From the NCBI RefSeq assembly GCF_000400465.1, contig NW_008806276.1:120001-152000 (forward strand): DNA of 32,000 nucleotides. The letters are read 5' to 3'. The notes under the pieces were generated by a model. The model was not told the DNA's origin. It did no database searches and worked only from the letters and a program-made list of their open reading frames with translations. Both the position numbers and the translations under genes were made by a program. Each line of letters opens with the position of its first letter. Within the stretch, counting starts at the first letter, position 1. The DNA is from Wallemia ichthyophaga EXF-994 (lineage: Eukaryota; Fungi; Basidiomycota). Below, piece by piece: positions 21,115 to 31,169 of this stretch.

Positions 21115-21289
21115 GGCTAATTTTACAGAGGCGGTGATATTGATTCTATTTAGTAATTGATGTGTGCTGTACATTTTAAAGTTTATATAAAACACACAGC
21201 CGAAGCCACACACATGCAAAATTCAGAAAAAGTGAAAATTCTCACCAAATGACCTCATACAATCATTCTGCCTTCTCTCGTCCATCACG

Positions 21290-23656
21290 ATGATAGTGCG
21301 AGCGGGAGTGCGATTGCGATTGCAGCGGCAGCGGTGGACAAGCAGGAGCACACCACGCACCTCTTTTACGCGCACGCTAAGCAGTGCATCCTGGAGCGAC
21401 ACCCGGCGTACGCGCAACATAGGCATAATGGCGCATATAGACGGTGGCAAGACGACGCTCACGGAGTCGCTTCTGCACGCTACGGGTCACCTCAAGCACC
21501 GCGGCAACGTCGACGAGGGTACAACAACGACAGACTTCCTCCCTGCAGAACGCGAGCGCGGTATTACCATACAGAGTGCGTCGATCCCTCTGCAATGGCG
21601 TGACCACCGCATTAACCTCATCGACACACCCGGACACGCAGATTTCGCGATAGAGGTCGAGCGTGCAGTACGCGTGCTTGATGGCGGGATTGTCGTGCTC
21701 GACGGCGTGGAGGGCGTGGAAGCGCAGACTATGGGCGTGTGGGCGCAATGTCGCAGATACTCTCTCCACCCGCTTCTCCTCTTCGTCAACAAGATGGATA
21801 GAGTAGGCGCCGATTACAGACATTCGATTGAGAGCACTATAAGGAAAATGCATAGGAGACCCCTCGTGCTGCAGCTGCCGATTTATAGCAATGGCGTTGG
21901 CGGTGATGCCTTTGTTGGCGTCGTCGACGTCCTCGGCGATGCTCCGATAAACACACCCCAAGATATCCTCGATCAGCGCTCTTTAGCTCGCAATTGCCTC
22001 ATAGAAACCCTCTGTGAAGTCGACAGTAGCCTCCTCGACACTTACCTTGCCGTGGAGGACTATAGCAGGGTGAGTGATGCCGATATTCACTCCGCCTTGC
22101 GCCGGAATGTCCTTACTGGGGAGGTCCTGCCCGTGTTGTGTGGCTCAGCGCTCAAGAACATCTCCATAGACAGCATCCTCGATTCAATCATTACCTATAT
22201 TCCTTCCCCACTAGACGTTCCTGCGCCGCGGACGACCGGCGGCCACAGCATTGGCAGTATCGGGGGTAGCAATAGCGCAGTGAACAGCGCAAACAAATCA
22301 CAAACCACGCAAACCACACAGCTCTCACAAAGCACACTAGCCATGGCATTCAAAGTAGTCCACGATGCCAAAAAGGGCTGGCTAACATGGGTGCGAGTGT
22401 ATGGGGGTGTCCTAACGCGTCAAGGTGTACTATGGAACAGTTCGCGGGGGGTAAAAGAGCGCGTAAACCGGTTGCTAGTGATGAGTGCGGACGATCAAGC
22501 GGAGATCGACGCATTACACCCAGGTCAAATAGGGGTGATACTAGGTTGCAAGAGCACGCGAACGGGTGACACGCTTACAGAAGCGCGCGACACGTCGCTG
22601 CGTAATGTCACACTGCAAAACATAGCCATCCCCCCACCCGTGTTCAGTGTTGCGATAGAGCCCGAGTCCCTGTCAGATGAAGCAGGCGTGGTAGAGGCGC
22701 TGCGCAGTCTCGTCCGCACTGATCCCTCGCTCGTCGTTAGCGAGGCCAGCGAGAGTATCGCGGCGGGTGGTGATGGTCAGACCCTCCTCAGCGGGTTGGG
22801 TGAGCTACATCTGGAGATTAGCTATGCTCGCCTGCGTGAGGAATTTGGCGTTCGTTGCCGTATGGGGCCCATGCGCGTCGGCTTTCTCGAAACCCTCCCG
22901 CTAGATGCACACGCTGTGCGTCAAGAGGACTACGCTCGCGAGGTGAGCAGGAAACATACACAGGCCGGTGTTACAGTGAGTGTGCGGCGGAGAGAGGATG
23001 TGGAGGGTGAGAGTGAGAAAGTACACAACGCACACAACGCAGACAACGTGATCGTGTTCAACACCCCACACACACAGCTCGCACCAGAGTACGAGGAGGC
23101 GGTCAAGAGCGGTGTGATGGCAGGCACGGCTCGTGGACCGCTGCAAGGGCATCCTGTGCGGGGGCTGCACATTACCATCACAGATATACGTCTCCTCGAC
23201 AAAGACCAGTCGCCAAGTTCGGCACTAACGGCGGCTGTTTCGCTTGCTGTTATCAAAGCTGTACGCACAGCTTCGACGGTGGTGATAGAGCCGCTGATGC
23301 AAGTGGATATCATAGCACACGAGGGAGATGTGGGCAGAGTGATTAGCGATCTCACCTCGCTGAGGAATGGAGTGGTTGTGTCGATGGAGGAGGATATGCA
23401 TGGCGCAAACTCAGACGCACACGCTCACACTGACACTCGCACCTCAGTTTACATTCCCCCTCCCACACAGGCTTCCACACGCTCCTTCGAGAGCGGTGAT
23501 AAGGGCGCGCGGATGGTCGTGCAAGCTCATGTGCCCCTCACCAATATGATAGCTTACTCGAGCAACCTCAATGCACTCAGTGGTGGCAGCGGGACTTTCT
23601 CGATGAAGGTGTGTGGCTGGAAGGAGACGAGTGGGGCGGTGGCAGCGACGTTGTGA
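21290..23656 (+). CDS. MEF2: Mitochondrial ribosome-releasing factor 2 / EF-G2mt, 788 aa, apparently intronless
   Basis: Arg-rich presequence, RNIGIMAHIDGGKTT, TDFLPAERERGITIQSA, NLIDTPGHADF, NKMD, CGSAL, GLGELHLEI and C-terminal EPLM. The TDFL/ITIQSA signature points to GFM2/MEF2 rather than EF-G1. Confidence 0.9.
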   Translation: MIVRAGVRLRLQRQRWTSRSTPRTSFTRTLSSASWSDTRRTRNIGIMAHIDGGKTTLTESLLHATGHLKHRGNVDEGTTTTDFLPAERERGITIQSASIPLQWRDHRINLIDTPGHADFAIEVERAVRVLDGGIVVLDGVEGVEAQTMGVWAQCRRYSLHPLLLFVNKMDRVGADYRHSIESTIRKMHRRPLVLQLPIYSNGVGGDAFVGVVDVLGDAPINTPQDILDQRSLARNCLIETLCEVDSSLLDTYLAVEDYSRVSDADIHSALRRNVLTGEVLPVLCGSALKNISIDSILDSIITYIPSPLDVPAPRTTGGHSIGSIGGSNSAVNSANKSQTTQTTQLSQSTLAMAFKVVHDAKKGWLTWVRVYGGVLTRQGVLWNSSRGVKERVNRLLVMSADDQAEIDALHPGQIGVILGCKSTRTGDTLTEARDTSLRNVTLQNIAIPPPVFSVAIEPESLSDEAGVVEALRSLVRTDPSLVVSEASESIAAGGDGQTLLSGLGELHLEISYARLREEFGVRCRMGPMRVGFLETLPLDAHAVRQEDYAREVSRKHTQAGVTVSVRRREDVEGESEKVHNAHNADNVIVFNTPHTQLAPEYEEAVKSGVMAGTARGPLQGHPVRGLHITITDIRLLDKDQSPSSALTAAVSLAVIKAVRTASTVVIEPLMQVDIIAHEGDVGRVISDLTSLRNGVVVSMEEDMHGANSDAHAHTDTRTSVYIPPPTQASTRSFESGDKGARMVVQAHVPLTNMIAYSSNLNALSGGSGTFSMKVCGWKETSGAVAATL

Positions 23657-23766
23657 TATTTAATTGTAAAACGCATGCATAGACTGAACTTGAAAGGAGT
23701 GTGGATGGAATAATGCAGTAAATATCAGACATGAAACATGAGTCAAAAGCCAAGAGAAATGAGACA

Positions 23767-24577
23767 TCAGACATCCGCCGACATGTCAATTTCGACTTTC
23801 TGACCAGGTTCAAATGCAGGCAGGCCTAGAGGAGAATGTTAGAGTGATTCAAGGAAATGATGGAAACTGACCAGCATATGGACAGGAAGCACACCTGAAA
23901 GCGTCTCCGAGGTAGCAGCTGCCGCAGCTAGAAGTGGCACCTTTAGCTTGGGCGTCTTGTACGCTGTTGAAAGTTTTCTTGAGGTCAGTCGAAGTGTCGA
24001 TGTTCACCTGGGACTGATTCGCGAGCTCCTCCTTCAAACCACAGCTGCAGTCAGCACACGCTCTTCTCTTCTTGGTAGTGGGGCAAGAGAGAGGGGTAGC
24101 AGGAGCAGCCTTGTCCTCTTGGGTGAGTAACTGGGAAGGATCGATCGGTGGGGCGGATTCAAAGTTCCAAAGTGACTTGGATGGCTTCTGAGAGCGGTTG
24201 AGGGAGAGGGAGACGGCGGGAGTGTGTGCTGGCTTGGTGGTTGTGGTTGTGGATGACTGCTCGCTGTTGACTGGAGCGGTGTAACCCGTCAAGATGAGCT
24301 GGGAAGACAGCGTGGGTGGTGTGAGCTTGTGGATCGTGAGATTGCCGTTCGGAGCCAGTGCCTGGAAAAGGAGCAGGAACAACTGATCCGAGTTTATCGC
24401 GGCATAATCATCCTCCGTGATTGATAGATTTACCTGATCGAAGCTGTTCGCCGGTAGCTCGTAGCCACCCTCCAAAATTCTATCATAAACTAAGTTGAGA
24501 GCCGCTTTGTTTTCCTCCACTAGCTTGAGATATTCCTCAGACTTTAAACTTCCAACGAGGAGATGGGCGTTTGTCAT
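23767..24577 (-). CDS. DRE2: Fe-S cluster assembly protein Dre2/anamorsin, 254 aa, 2 exons (24577-23872, 23825-23767)
   Basis: [14 protein letters not shown] and [20 protein letters not shown]|[11 protein letters not shown] after removing intron 23826-23871. Confidence 0.95.
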
Positions 24578-24839
24578 CTTGATCGTTCGTAAGCAAGATG
24601 TTCAGATAAGAATATGCAGCTCGATATGTAGACATATATCCTAGATAACATTACATCGTTCATTACTCCCCATTCAATTCCGCCCTGCTTCTGATTTCAG
24701 TCTATGCAAATTTTCATTGATTACAAAACAGCCAAAGGGGGATTTGAGAAGCGGAGAATGTACTTATGCCATGGATCAATCTGAAATGATACGCATAAAG
24801 TGTATCCGGTGAAATTAGAATTTCGAGTCCCTTGCGAGA

Positions 24840-25949
24840 ATGCTTCGTACGCGGCAATTCAACAAAGCAAGCCAAGCAAGCCAAGCAAGCAAGGGAGGCA
24901 AAGGAAGGATTCAAATTGCCAGCTGGAATATACTTTCGCAGTCTTTGATCAAGAGAGAGCTCTATGAGTCGTCAGACTGTCTCAAGATCAAGTCGAGGCT
25001 GCCACGGCTGAAAGAGGAACTGGGCAAGTACGCATCGGATGTGATATGCCTGCAGGAGGTGGACCAATTAGAAGCATTGAAGGATTGCCTGCCACGCCAC
25101 AAGTATGCCAGCTGTTTTGGCACGCAGAATGACAACGCCACACCGAAGAAGCATGGACTGGTGATATTCTACCGCGATAGCTTTACACTCGTGCATTCCA
25201 AAGCGGTGAGCTACGACGAGCACCCCAAGTGGCCACTGTCGCGCAAAACTAATAACGTCGGATTGATAGCCGTGCTGAGCACCGGGGATGAGCCTAGCGA
25301 CGGGATAATCATCGCAACCACTCACCTTTTCTGGCATCCTGCCTTTGTCTACGAGAGGACTCGCCAGACGTACATACTCATCGAGCAGTGCGAGCAGATG
25401 AGGCGGGATATGGCACTCAGTTACCCTATAATACTCTCTGGGGATTTCAACAGCGAGCCACATGAGCTGGTGTATCAGTCCATCGTCGGCGGTAGTATTG
25501 ACGACAAGGAGAGGGAGCGAGTGGGTGTATCGCGTGTCTGCCACGCTAGCGTTAGCGGGAGTGGGCATGTGCCTCCAGAACAAGGCGCGAATCTCCCGAT
25601 AACAAATTCAGTACCCAACGACAATGCACCATCTGTTGATGAGCTGATTGAAGCATTCAGCGATATGCCCAACTTTATTTCCGCTTACGACGCGTGCCCG
25701 GGTGGTGAACAGCGCTATAGCCACAGAGACGCGTCTTTGAAGGGCAGAAAGGGCGCCAACGAGCCTTACCTCACCAACTACATGCCCAAGTATGGAATGC
25801 TGACTTTGGATTACATTTTCCATGAGAGGGATATGGCCACACTGTGTACGCTGGAGGTACCGCACGCAGACACACTCACTGGTGGCCTGCCGAAGCAAGA
25901 CACGACGGCATCGGATCACATAATGATAGCCGCGCAGGTAATGCATTAA
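24840..25949 (+). CDS. EEP-family RNA exonuclease/phosphatase of the NGL/Angel/CCR4-like group, 369 aa
   Basis: SWNILSQ, DVICLQEVD, THLFWHP, GDFNSEP, LDYIF and SDH motifs. Confidence 0.88.
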   Translation: MLRTRQFNKASQASQASKGGKGRIQIASWNILSQSLIKRELYESSDCLKIKSRLPRLKEELGKYASDVICLQEVDQLEALKDCLPRHKYASCFGTQNDNATPKKHGLVIFYRDSFTLVHSKAVSYDEHPKWPLSRKTNNVGLIAVLSTGDEPSDGIIIATTHLFWHPAFVYERTRQTYILIEQCEQMRRDMALSYPIILSGDFNSEPHELVYQSIVGGSIDDKERERVGVSRVCHASVSGSGHVPPEQGANLPITNSVPNDNAPSVDELIEAFSDMPNFISAYDACPGGEQRYSHRDASLKGRKGANEPYLTNYMPKYGMLTLDYIFHERDMATLCTLEVPHADTLTGGLPKQDTTASDHIMIAAQVMH

Positions 25950-26071
25950 TGATGTATATTTTATATTCCCTGATTCATGTGCCTAGCCCTCCCTGAATCC
26001 CCGCTTGGTCGACTCGTGCCCCGCTTTCTTAAACAACCAAAAACGAAACCAAAAGAAAATTAATTTGACGT

Positions 26072-29000
26072 ATGGGCTGTTGTAATTTCCTATTACCACA
26101 GAACAGCACGGGTAAATTAGTCGATGGATGCTACACCCACACAGAGCACCCAGATAGCAGCGCGGTGAGCAAGCTCATCTCCCAGCTGCACGCGCCCAGC
26201 AAGCAGCAGGCGACAGGTGGAGCATTGCTTAAGCACATGCGGGCAGCCAGCCGCGTCTACCACGACCCACGCAAACGGAGGTGTGTGCGCTGTTTAAATC
26301 CGGAGTTACGCGCCGCTGACCGGATTATGAGCAGTGTGGTCCACGCGACGCTGCGTATTTTGCAACAAATAAACTCACAGACGATGCCCGATGGCGCGCT
26401 CTACACGCACACGCTCCTCATCATCGATACAGCGCTTTCCCCACCCATTCCGCCTGACTTGCAACTGCGCGAGCTAGCGGTGACTCTTGTGGGTGGCGTG
26501 CTTGGGGATGTGTTCTATACTCATACACTCCCACAGCTCAGAAATACCCTGCTGAAAAACCAACACGCGGAAATAGCACATGAGTGCATTACGTCATTCC
26601 ACTCGATTCTCTACAGACTCAACGGTATGGGCAGTCTGGACGACGCGGATGAGAATACGCGTAATCGCACGCGTAGGATAGCCCTGCTGGGTATAGAGGC
26701 CGTCTTTGAGTCTGATGTCTTGGGTGGATTACCGGTCGACGACCGTCGCAGGGCTATCAACCTGCTTGTTCCGCCGCTCATCGACAATCTTCTTCCCCGT
26801 GACACTAAGCTTGATCTACTCGAGCACCGCGTGTTGCCGTGTATAAGCAACAAGGTCGACGACCGCAACACAGACGATGTGCTTCTCGCCACCATAGCTC
26901 TGCGGGTATACAGGACCATCTACGCACACTCTGCGACAGGGCGGTGGATATCGATGTGCACGAAACCCACACTCGACTCGTTCGACAAACACAAGCGGTG
27001 GCGGGAAGTAGAGTGGGTGTGTTGGGTGTTGGCGCACGCTTTGCAGTGGACACCAGCGCATTACGCAGCCTATATTCCCACGACCATTCTCGACATGCTC
27101 ATTGAAAGCCAGGATACCTTCCCTACGACGACTAAGCAGTCAGGGTACCTGCATATCCTCACCCACCTCTTCACGCGCGAGTCCACAGTGAACGGGCTGC
27201 AGGTGCTAGCTACGCTCGACAGACTCCTCGCTTTCCTCGTTCGCAGATTTAGACTCGATGGGCAGGACGCTCTCGGTCCAATGACGATCGCTGCTGTCGG
27301 AGCACTCGCCAAACACCTCTACTACGCTGACCAGATATCCGATATGGCGGGACGCGTTGTGGTTGTAATCAACGATGTTCAGTTCGCTGATACTACTGAA
27401 CGCCGCGATGACCTACTTCGCCTCCTCCTCTGTGCTCTCGGAGGGGTGATGGCCGAGGCGTATGACGGTCCTTCGGAGGATGGCGCGTTGGGGCTGCAAG
27501 AGGCGGAGAAGACGTCCAAGGCATCTATCTCATCCAAGTCGTCCGTCTCCTCACATTTGCAGCCCTCGCTACAGTCCCCCGCCTCACCCACCTCGCCTAA
27601 GGGTAAGGAGAGAGCGGTGCTAGTGTCAGCAAGGGGCGTAGATGGACGAGAGGCACGCGAGACAAGCAACGGACGCGATAAACCCGATACACACTTAACA
27701 CACTCAACACTCAACACACATAACTCAATTGCACCGCGACCACCTCCATCTCCACCTCAACCTCAAAATCCGCCTCTTTCACAGCAAACTCACACACGCT
27801 CACGCATCTCGCCCACCGATATGGCCTCGACAGTCAGTCTCCTGATAGAGCCGCGTTACAGTGTGCGCGCGGGGTATGTGCGCGCCTTGGCAGGATTCGT
27901 GCAGGGCGAGTTCGCTGCAATACACGTCCACCGCGCCAAGTTGAACTGCTTCCTCACCGCCCTCCATGCTGCCATGTGGGTGTTGGCAACGTGTCGCAAT
28001 CTTGCAGATGTGCCCATCGTGGAAGAGGCAGGCGGCGGCGAGGAGGCGGACGATGGCTATGAGAAGGAGCGGGAGGGCAAAGGTGTGGAGGAGAAGGAGA
28101 AGGAGGTTGAGAAGAAAGATGATAACGAGGAGGAAGATGAGAATGAGAATAACAAGGTAAACAAACACAAGCGGAAAAATAGCAACAGCACGTTGAACGC
28201 ATTAGCACGATTGAAGCAGATGGCAAGCCACCGCCACACAACACCCTCTCTACCGAGCAACACGGCGACGCTAACGGACTATACGCACCTGCTAGGACTG
28301 ATAACGTCGCTACTTCGGCGAGGAGGAGCAGAAACGCTGCTAACGATAGTGCCATTCCTTCGCGCACTCGATGGCTATGCCGTGGAAGTGCAGCTAGGGC
28401 CTGGTCTCCAGACAGCTGGGTCTCGGCGGGGCAGCCAAGCGAGCTGGAGTTGGAGTAGTTTGAATGGAATGACACAACCCCCCGACTTCAACATGGCCGT
28501 CGACGAGCGGTGCAAATGCCGCGCTATCCGCGAGCTTGTCGCTCGTTGCTGGATGGAGATAGGGGAAGGATGGGGCAACGCGACTGTGCGCCAACTTGCT
28601 CGAAAAGGTTTGGACAGATTGGGTGGGAGTGTGCTAGGAACTCCACCACACCTGCACCCAGCAGAAACGCCGTCTTTCACCGTCGCTCCAGCTCCCCCGC
28701 TCCTCTTCCCGAGCGAGGACGACTGGGATGCAGTGCATGACGGAGAGAGCAGCAGAACCGTGACGGGGATCGTCGACGAGGTGGCTGCGATTGAGGAACT
28801 TGCCGGTGATGCTCACGTGCTGCTAGCTACTGGTCTCTCTAGGCTGGAGCTGGATGAGAGATTGAAGAGGGTGTGGACTTTCGATGATGCTGTAGAAGCG
28901 GCGGGGATGTATGCGGGTGCCAAAGGTGTTGCGGATAGCGCGGTAGACGTTTTAATACACCATACCAACCATACCAAACAATCCAACACCAGACACGTTG

Positions 29001-29104
29001 ATGTGTACCACCTCAAAGAAGCACTCTCGAATAGGACAACACCGAACATATCGCGTAATTCAAAGGAAGTGGATGTAGAATTAGTTTTGTCTAGAGCGGA
29101 ATAA
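26072..29104 (+). CDS. EFR3: EFR3-like ARM-repeat plasma-membrane scaffold for the PI4-kinase complex (~990-1010 aa); probable intron at 26281-26334
   Basis: N-terminal MGCC, a CY..P.SS..S.L and V..TL.IL pattern resembling fungal Efr3, KHLYYADQISDM (HxYYxxQ motif), helical repeats and a disordered acidic/basic insert. Confidence 0.65.
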   Translation: MGCCNFLLPQNSTGKLVDGCYTHTEHPDSSAVSKLISQLHAPSKQQATGGALLKHMRAASRVYHDPRKRRCVRCLNPELRAADRIMSSVVHATLRILQQINSQTMPDGALYTHTLLIIDTALSPPIPPDLQLRELAVTLVGGVLGDVFYTHTLPQLRNTLLKNQHAEIAHECITSFHSILYRLNGMGSLDDADENTRNRTRRIALLGIEAVFESDVLGGLPVDDRRRAINLLVPPLIDNLLPRDTKLDLLEHRVLPCISNKVDDRNTDDVLLATIALRVYRTIYAHSATGRWISMCTKPTLDSFDKHKRWREVEWVCWVLAHALQWTPAHYAAYIPTTILDMLIESQDTFPTTTKQSGYLHILTHLFTRESTVNGLQVLATLDRLLAFLVRRFRLDGQDALGPMTIAAVGALAKHLYYADQISDMAGRVVVVINDVQFADTTERRDDLLRLLLCALGGVMAEAYDGPSEDGALGLQEAEKTSKASISSKSSVSSHLQPSLQSPASPTSPKGKERAVLVSARGVDGREARETSNGRDKPDTHLTHSTLNTHNSIAPRPPPSPPQPQNPPLSQQTHTRSRISPTDMASTVSLLIEPRYSVRAGYVRALAGFVQGEFAAIHVHRAKLNCFLTALHAAMWVLATCRNLADVPIVEEAGGGEEADDGYEKEREGKGVEEKEKEVEKKDDNEEEDENENNKVNKHKRKNSNSTLNALARLKQMASHRHTTPSLPSNTATLTDYTHLLGLITSLLRRGGAETLLTIVPFLRALDGYAVEVQLGPGLQTAGSRRGSQASWSWSSLNGMTQPPDFNMAVDERCKCRAIRELVARCWMEIGEGWGNATVRQLARKGLDRLGGSVLGTPPHLHPAETPSFTVAPAPPLLFPSEDDWDAVHDGESSRTVTGIVDEVAAIEELAGDAHVLLATGLSRLELDERLKRVWTFDDAVEAAGMYAGAKGVADSAVDVLIHHTNHTKQSNTRHVDVYHLKEALSNRTTPNISRNSKEVDVELVLSRAE

Positions 29105-29401
29105 ATGTATTTGATTTGTACAAGTGAAGCTTGAAAGGGTTTGAAAGGGTGGACACTAGAAAGTTAAACAAGACACTAGTAATATTGTAGTGAATAGAGA
29201 AAAAGATAGTCAAGGTGAATAGAATGTTGAGTGAATATCCACGCAGGTAGATAGAGGGGGAATCAGAGGATATATTAGACCAGGAAGATATTGCATACAA
29301 AACCATCTGCAAACTCCAAATAAATTATATCCCATTTCTTACACCGTGACAACCGTGACAACAACGACTAGGACGGATACACGTGAAAAGGGGAAATAAG
29401 A

Positions 29402-30851
29402 ATGAGGCAGCCAGCAGTGAGAGTGAGGAGTGAAAATGAGAATAGCAGCAATAGAGTGAGGTATACAGTAAAGCATGTCAAGGATAAGGAGGTTATATCG
29501 CTTGATGATTCTGAGGAGGAGGGGGATAACCCAGGGCAAGTATCCCAAGTATCCCAAGTATCCCAAGTACCCCAACCAGCACCTACACCAATATCCTCAA
29601 AGCCGTCAATTTCAAACACCCGCAAAAGGAGACAGCCAGCAGCTTCAACGAGCAACAACAACGCATCGGCAACCACAATTCCAGCGAAAACACCCTCCAA
29701 GAGAAAGAAAGTACGCGGCAATACACCTCCTTTACCCACTTGCACTCCATTGCCCGTCCCTTGTGACGATAAGGAGGGTCATTTGATTATACTCGAAAAC
29801 GTTGAATTAGACGGGCGTTATAGAATACAGAGACTTCTTGGTCAAGGTACCTTTGGTAAGGTCGTTGAGGCTTATGATAGACTCGCTAGGAAAAATGTCG
29901 CAGTGAAAATTATCAAAAGCATTCAGAAGTACAGGGATGCCAGTAGAATCGAATTGAGGGTTTTGAGCACACTACGCGATAACGATCCCTCCAATGATCA
30001 CAAGTGCATCGAGATGATTGATTGGTTTGACTTTAAGAATCACATTTGCATCGTTTCTGACTTGTTGAGCGAGTCCGTGTATGACTTCCTCAAATCGAAC
30101 AAATTCACTCCCTTTCCCGCCACACACATACAGGAAATAAGTTATCAGTTACTCAAATCCGTCGCATACCTACACACACTCAAACTAGTCCATACTGACC
30201 TCAAACCAGAGAATATCCTCCTCGTCAGCAACAAATCCAAGATGGAATTGGCTAACGACAAGAAACCCCAACGGAAGATTCTCGCTAATACTGATATACG
30301 CTTGATTGATTTTGGTAGTGCGACGTTTGAATCTGAGTATCATTCGAGTGTGGTTAGCACGCGACATTACAGGGCGCCTGAGATTATATTAGGTGAGTTT
30401 CGCTGTTTCAAGAGGCTTACACCTTAGTTAACAATGTACAGGACTTGGATGGTCATATCCCTGCGACGTATTCAGTCTTGGGTGTATAATAATAGAGCTG
30501 ATGACGGGGGAGGCGCTGTTCCAGACACACGACAACCTCGAACACTTGGCTATGATGGAGGTGGTCATGGGTCCAATGCCACTCAATTACCAGAAGAAAG
30601 CGTCGAAAGCGAAACCTGAATATTTTCGTGGATTGAAACTCGATTATCCTAATGGGAATACAACAAAGCAATCGCGAAAAGTGGTAAAGGGGATGAAGTC
30701 TATCGATCAGATAATAAAAGCACGAGATCTTTCTTCACTCCAGCTGATTGATTTGTTGCAGAAGATGCTGACGTTCGACCAAGACGAGCGGATACGAGTA
30801 GATCAAGCGCTAGAACACCCGTACTTTAAATCAAAAATATTTGTAGATTAG
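29402..30851 (+). CDS. LAMMER (CLK/Kns1/Lkh1-family) dual-specificity protein kinase, ~466 aa, 2 exons (29402-30392, 30442-30851)
   Basis: LGQGTFGKV, VAVKII, HTDLKPENILL, IDFGSAT, STRHYRAPEIIL|GLGWSYPCD and HDNLEHLAMMEV. Intron 30393-30441. The true start could lie further upstream. Confidence 0.93.
29537..29572 (+). repeat. 9-bp coding tandem repeat (CAAGTATCC)x3 plus CAAGTACCC, encoding QVSQVSQVSQVP in the kinase N-terminal tail
   Basis: Seen directly in the sequence. Confidence 0.9.
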
Positions 30852-31169
30852 ACAGATCGCACAGATGAAATTCAACCAGTTTGTAAATATAATTGGATTT
30901 TCTATTTCAGGTGGTGGGTGTGGTTGTGTATATGGGGGTATTTGACATGGGCTTATACACACCACAGTCACAGCAACTTGGTGCGTCTTGTTCGCAGATT
31001 TCGGTGAAAAAGAACACGTCTTCTCTGGTGTAAGTGGGGTGCTGTGATGTACGCCTATACCACATCTAACACGCTAAAGATACGCCGTGAATACACAAAG
31101 CAAGCGAATAAATTATTTGAGTTATAGATTCTTATTTGTAGAATATATTCACTTTCCTCTATATCCATC

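Noticed and set aside
21377-21961. 194-aa antisense ORF inside MEF2, and similar shadow ORFs inside POL2, EFR3, the DUF155 gene and the acidic orphan (e.g. 3964-4368, 16938-17423, 27954-28475, 1961-2521)
   Set aside because: They lie opposite or out of frame to well-supported genes, carry no motifs, and are expected from codon bias in long coding regions.
14039-24577. Proximity of POL2 (an Fe-S protein) and DRE2 (cytosolic Fe-S assembly) as a functional cluster
   Set aside because: They are separated by MEF2. In a genome this dense, two essential genes being near each other needs no special explanation without synteny data.
24864-24892. AAGC/AAGCC repeats at the start of the EEP nuclease (KASQASQASK)
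   Set aside because: Short slippage repeat in a disordered N-terminus, with no spacer structure and so not CRISPR-like.
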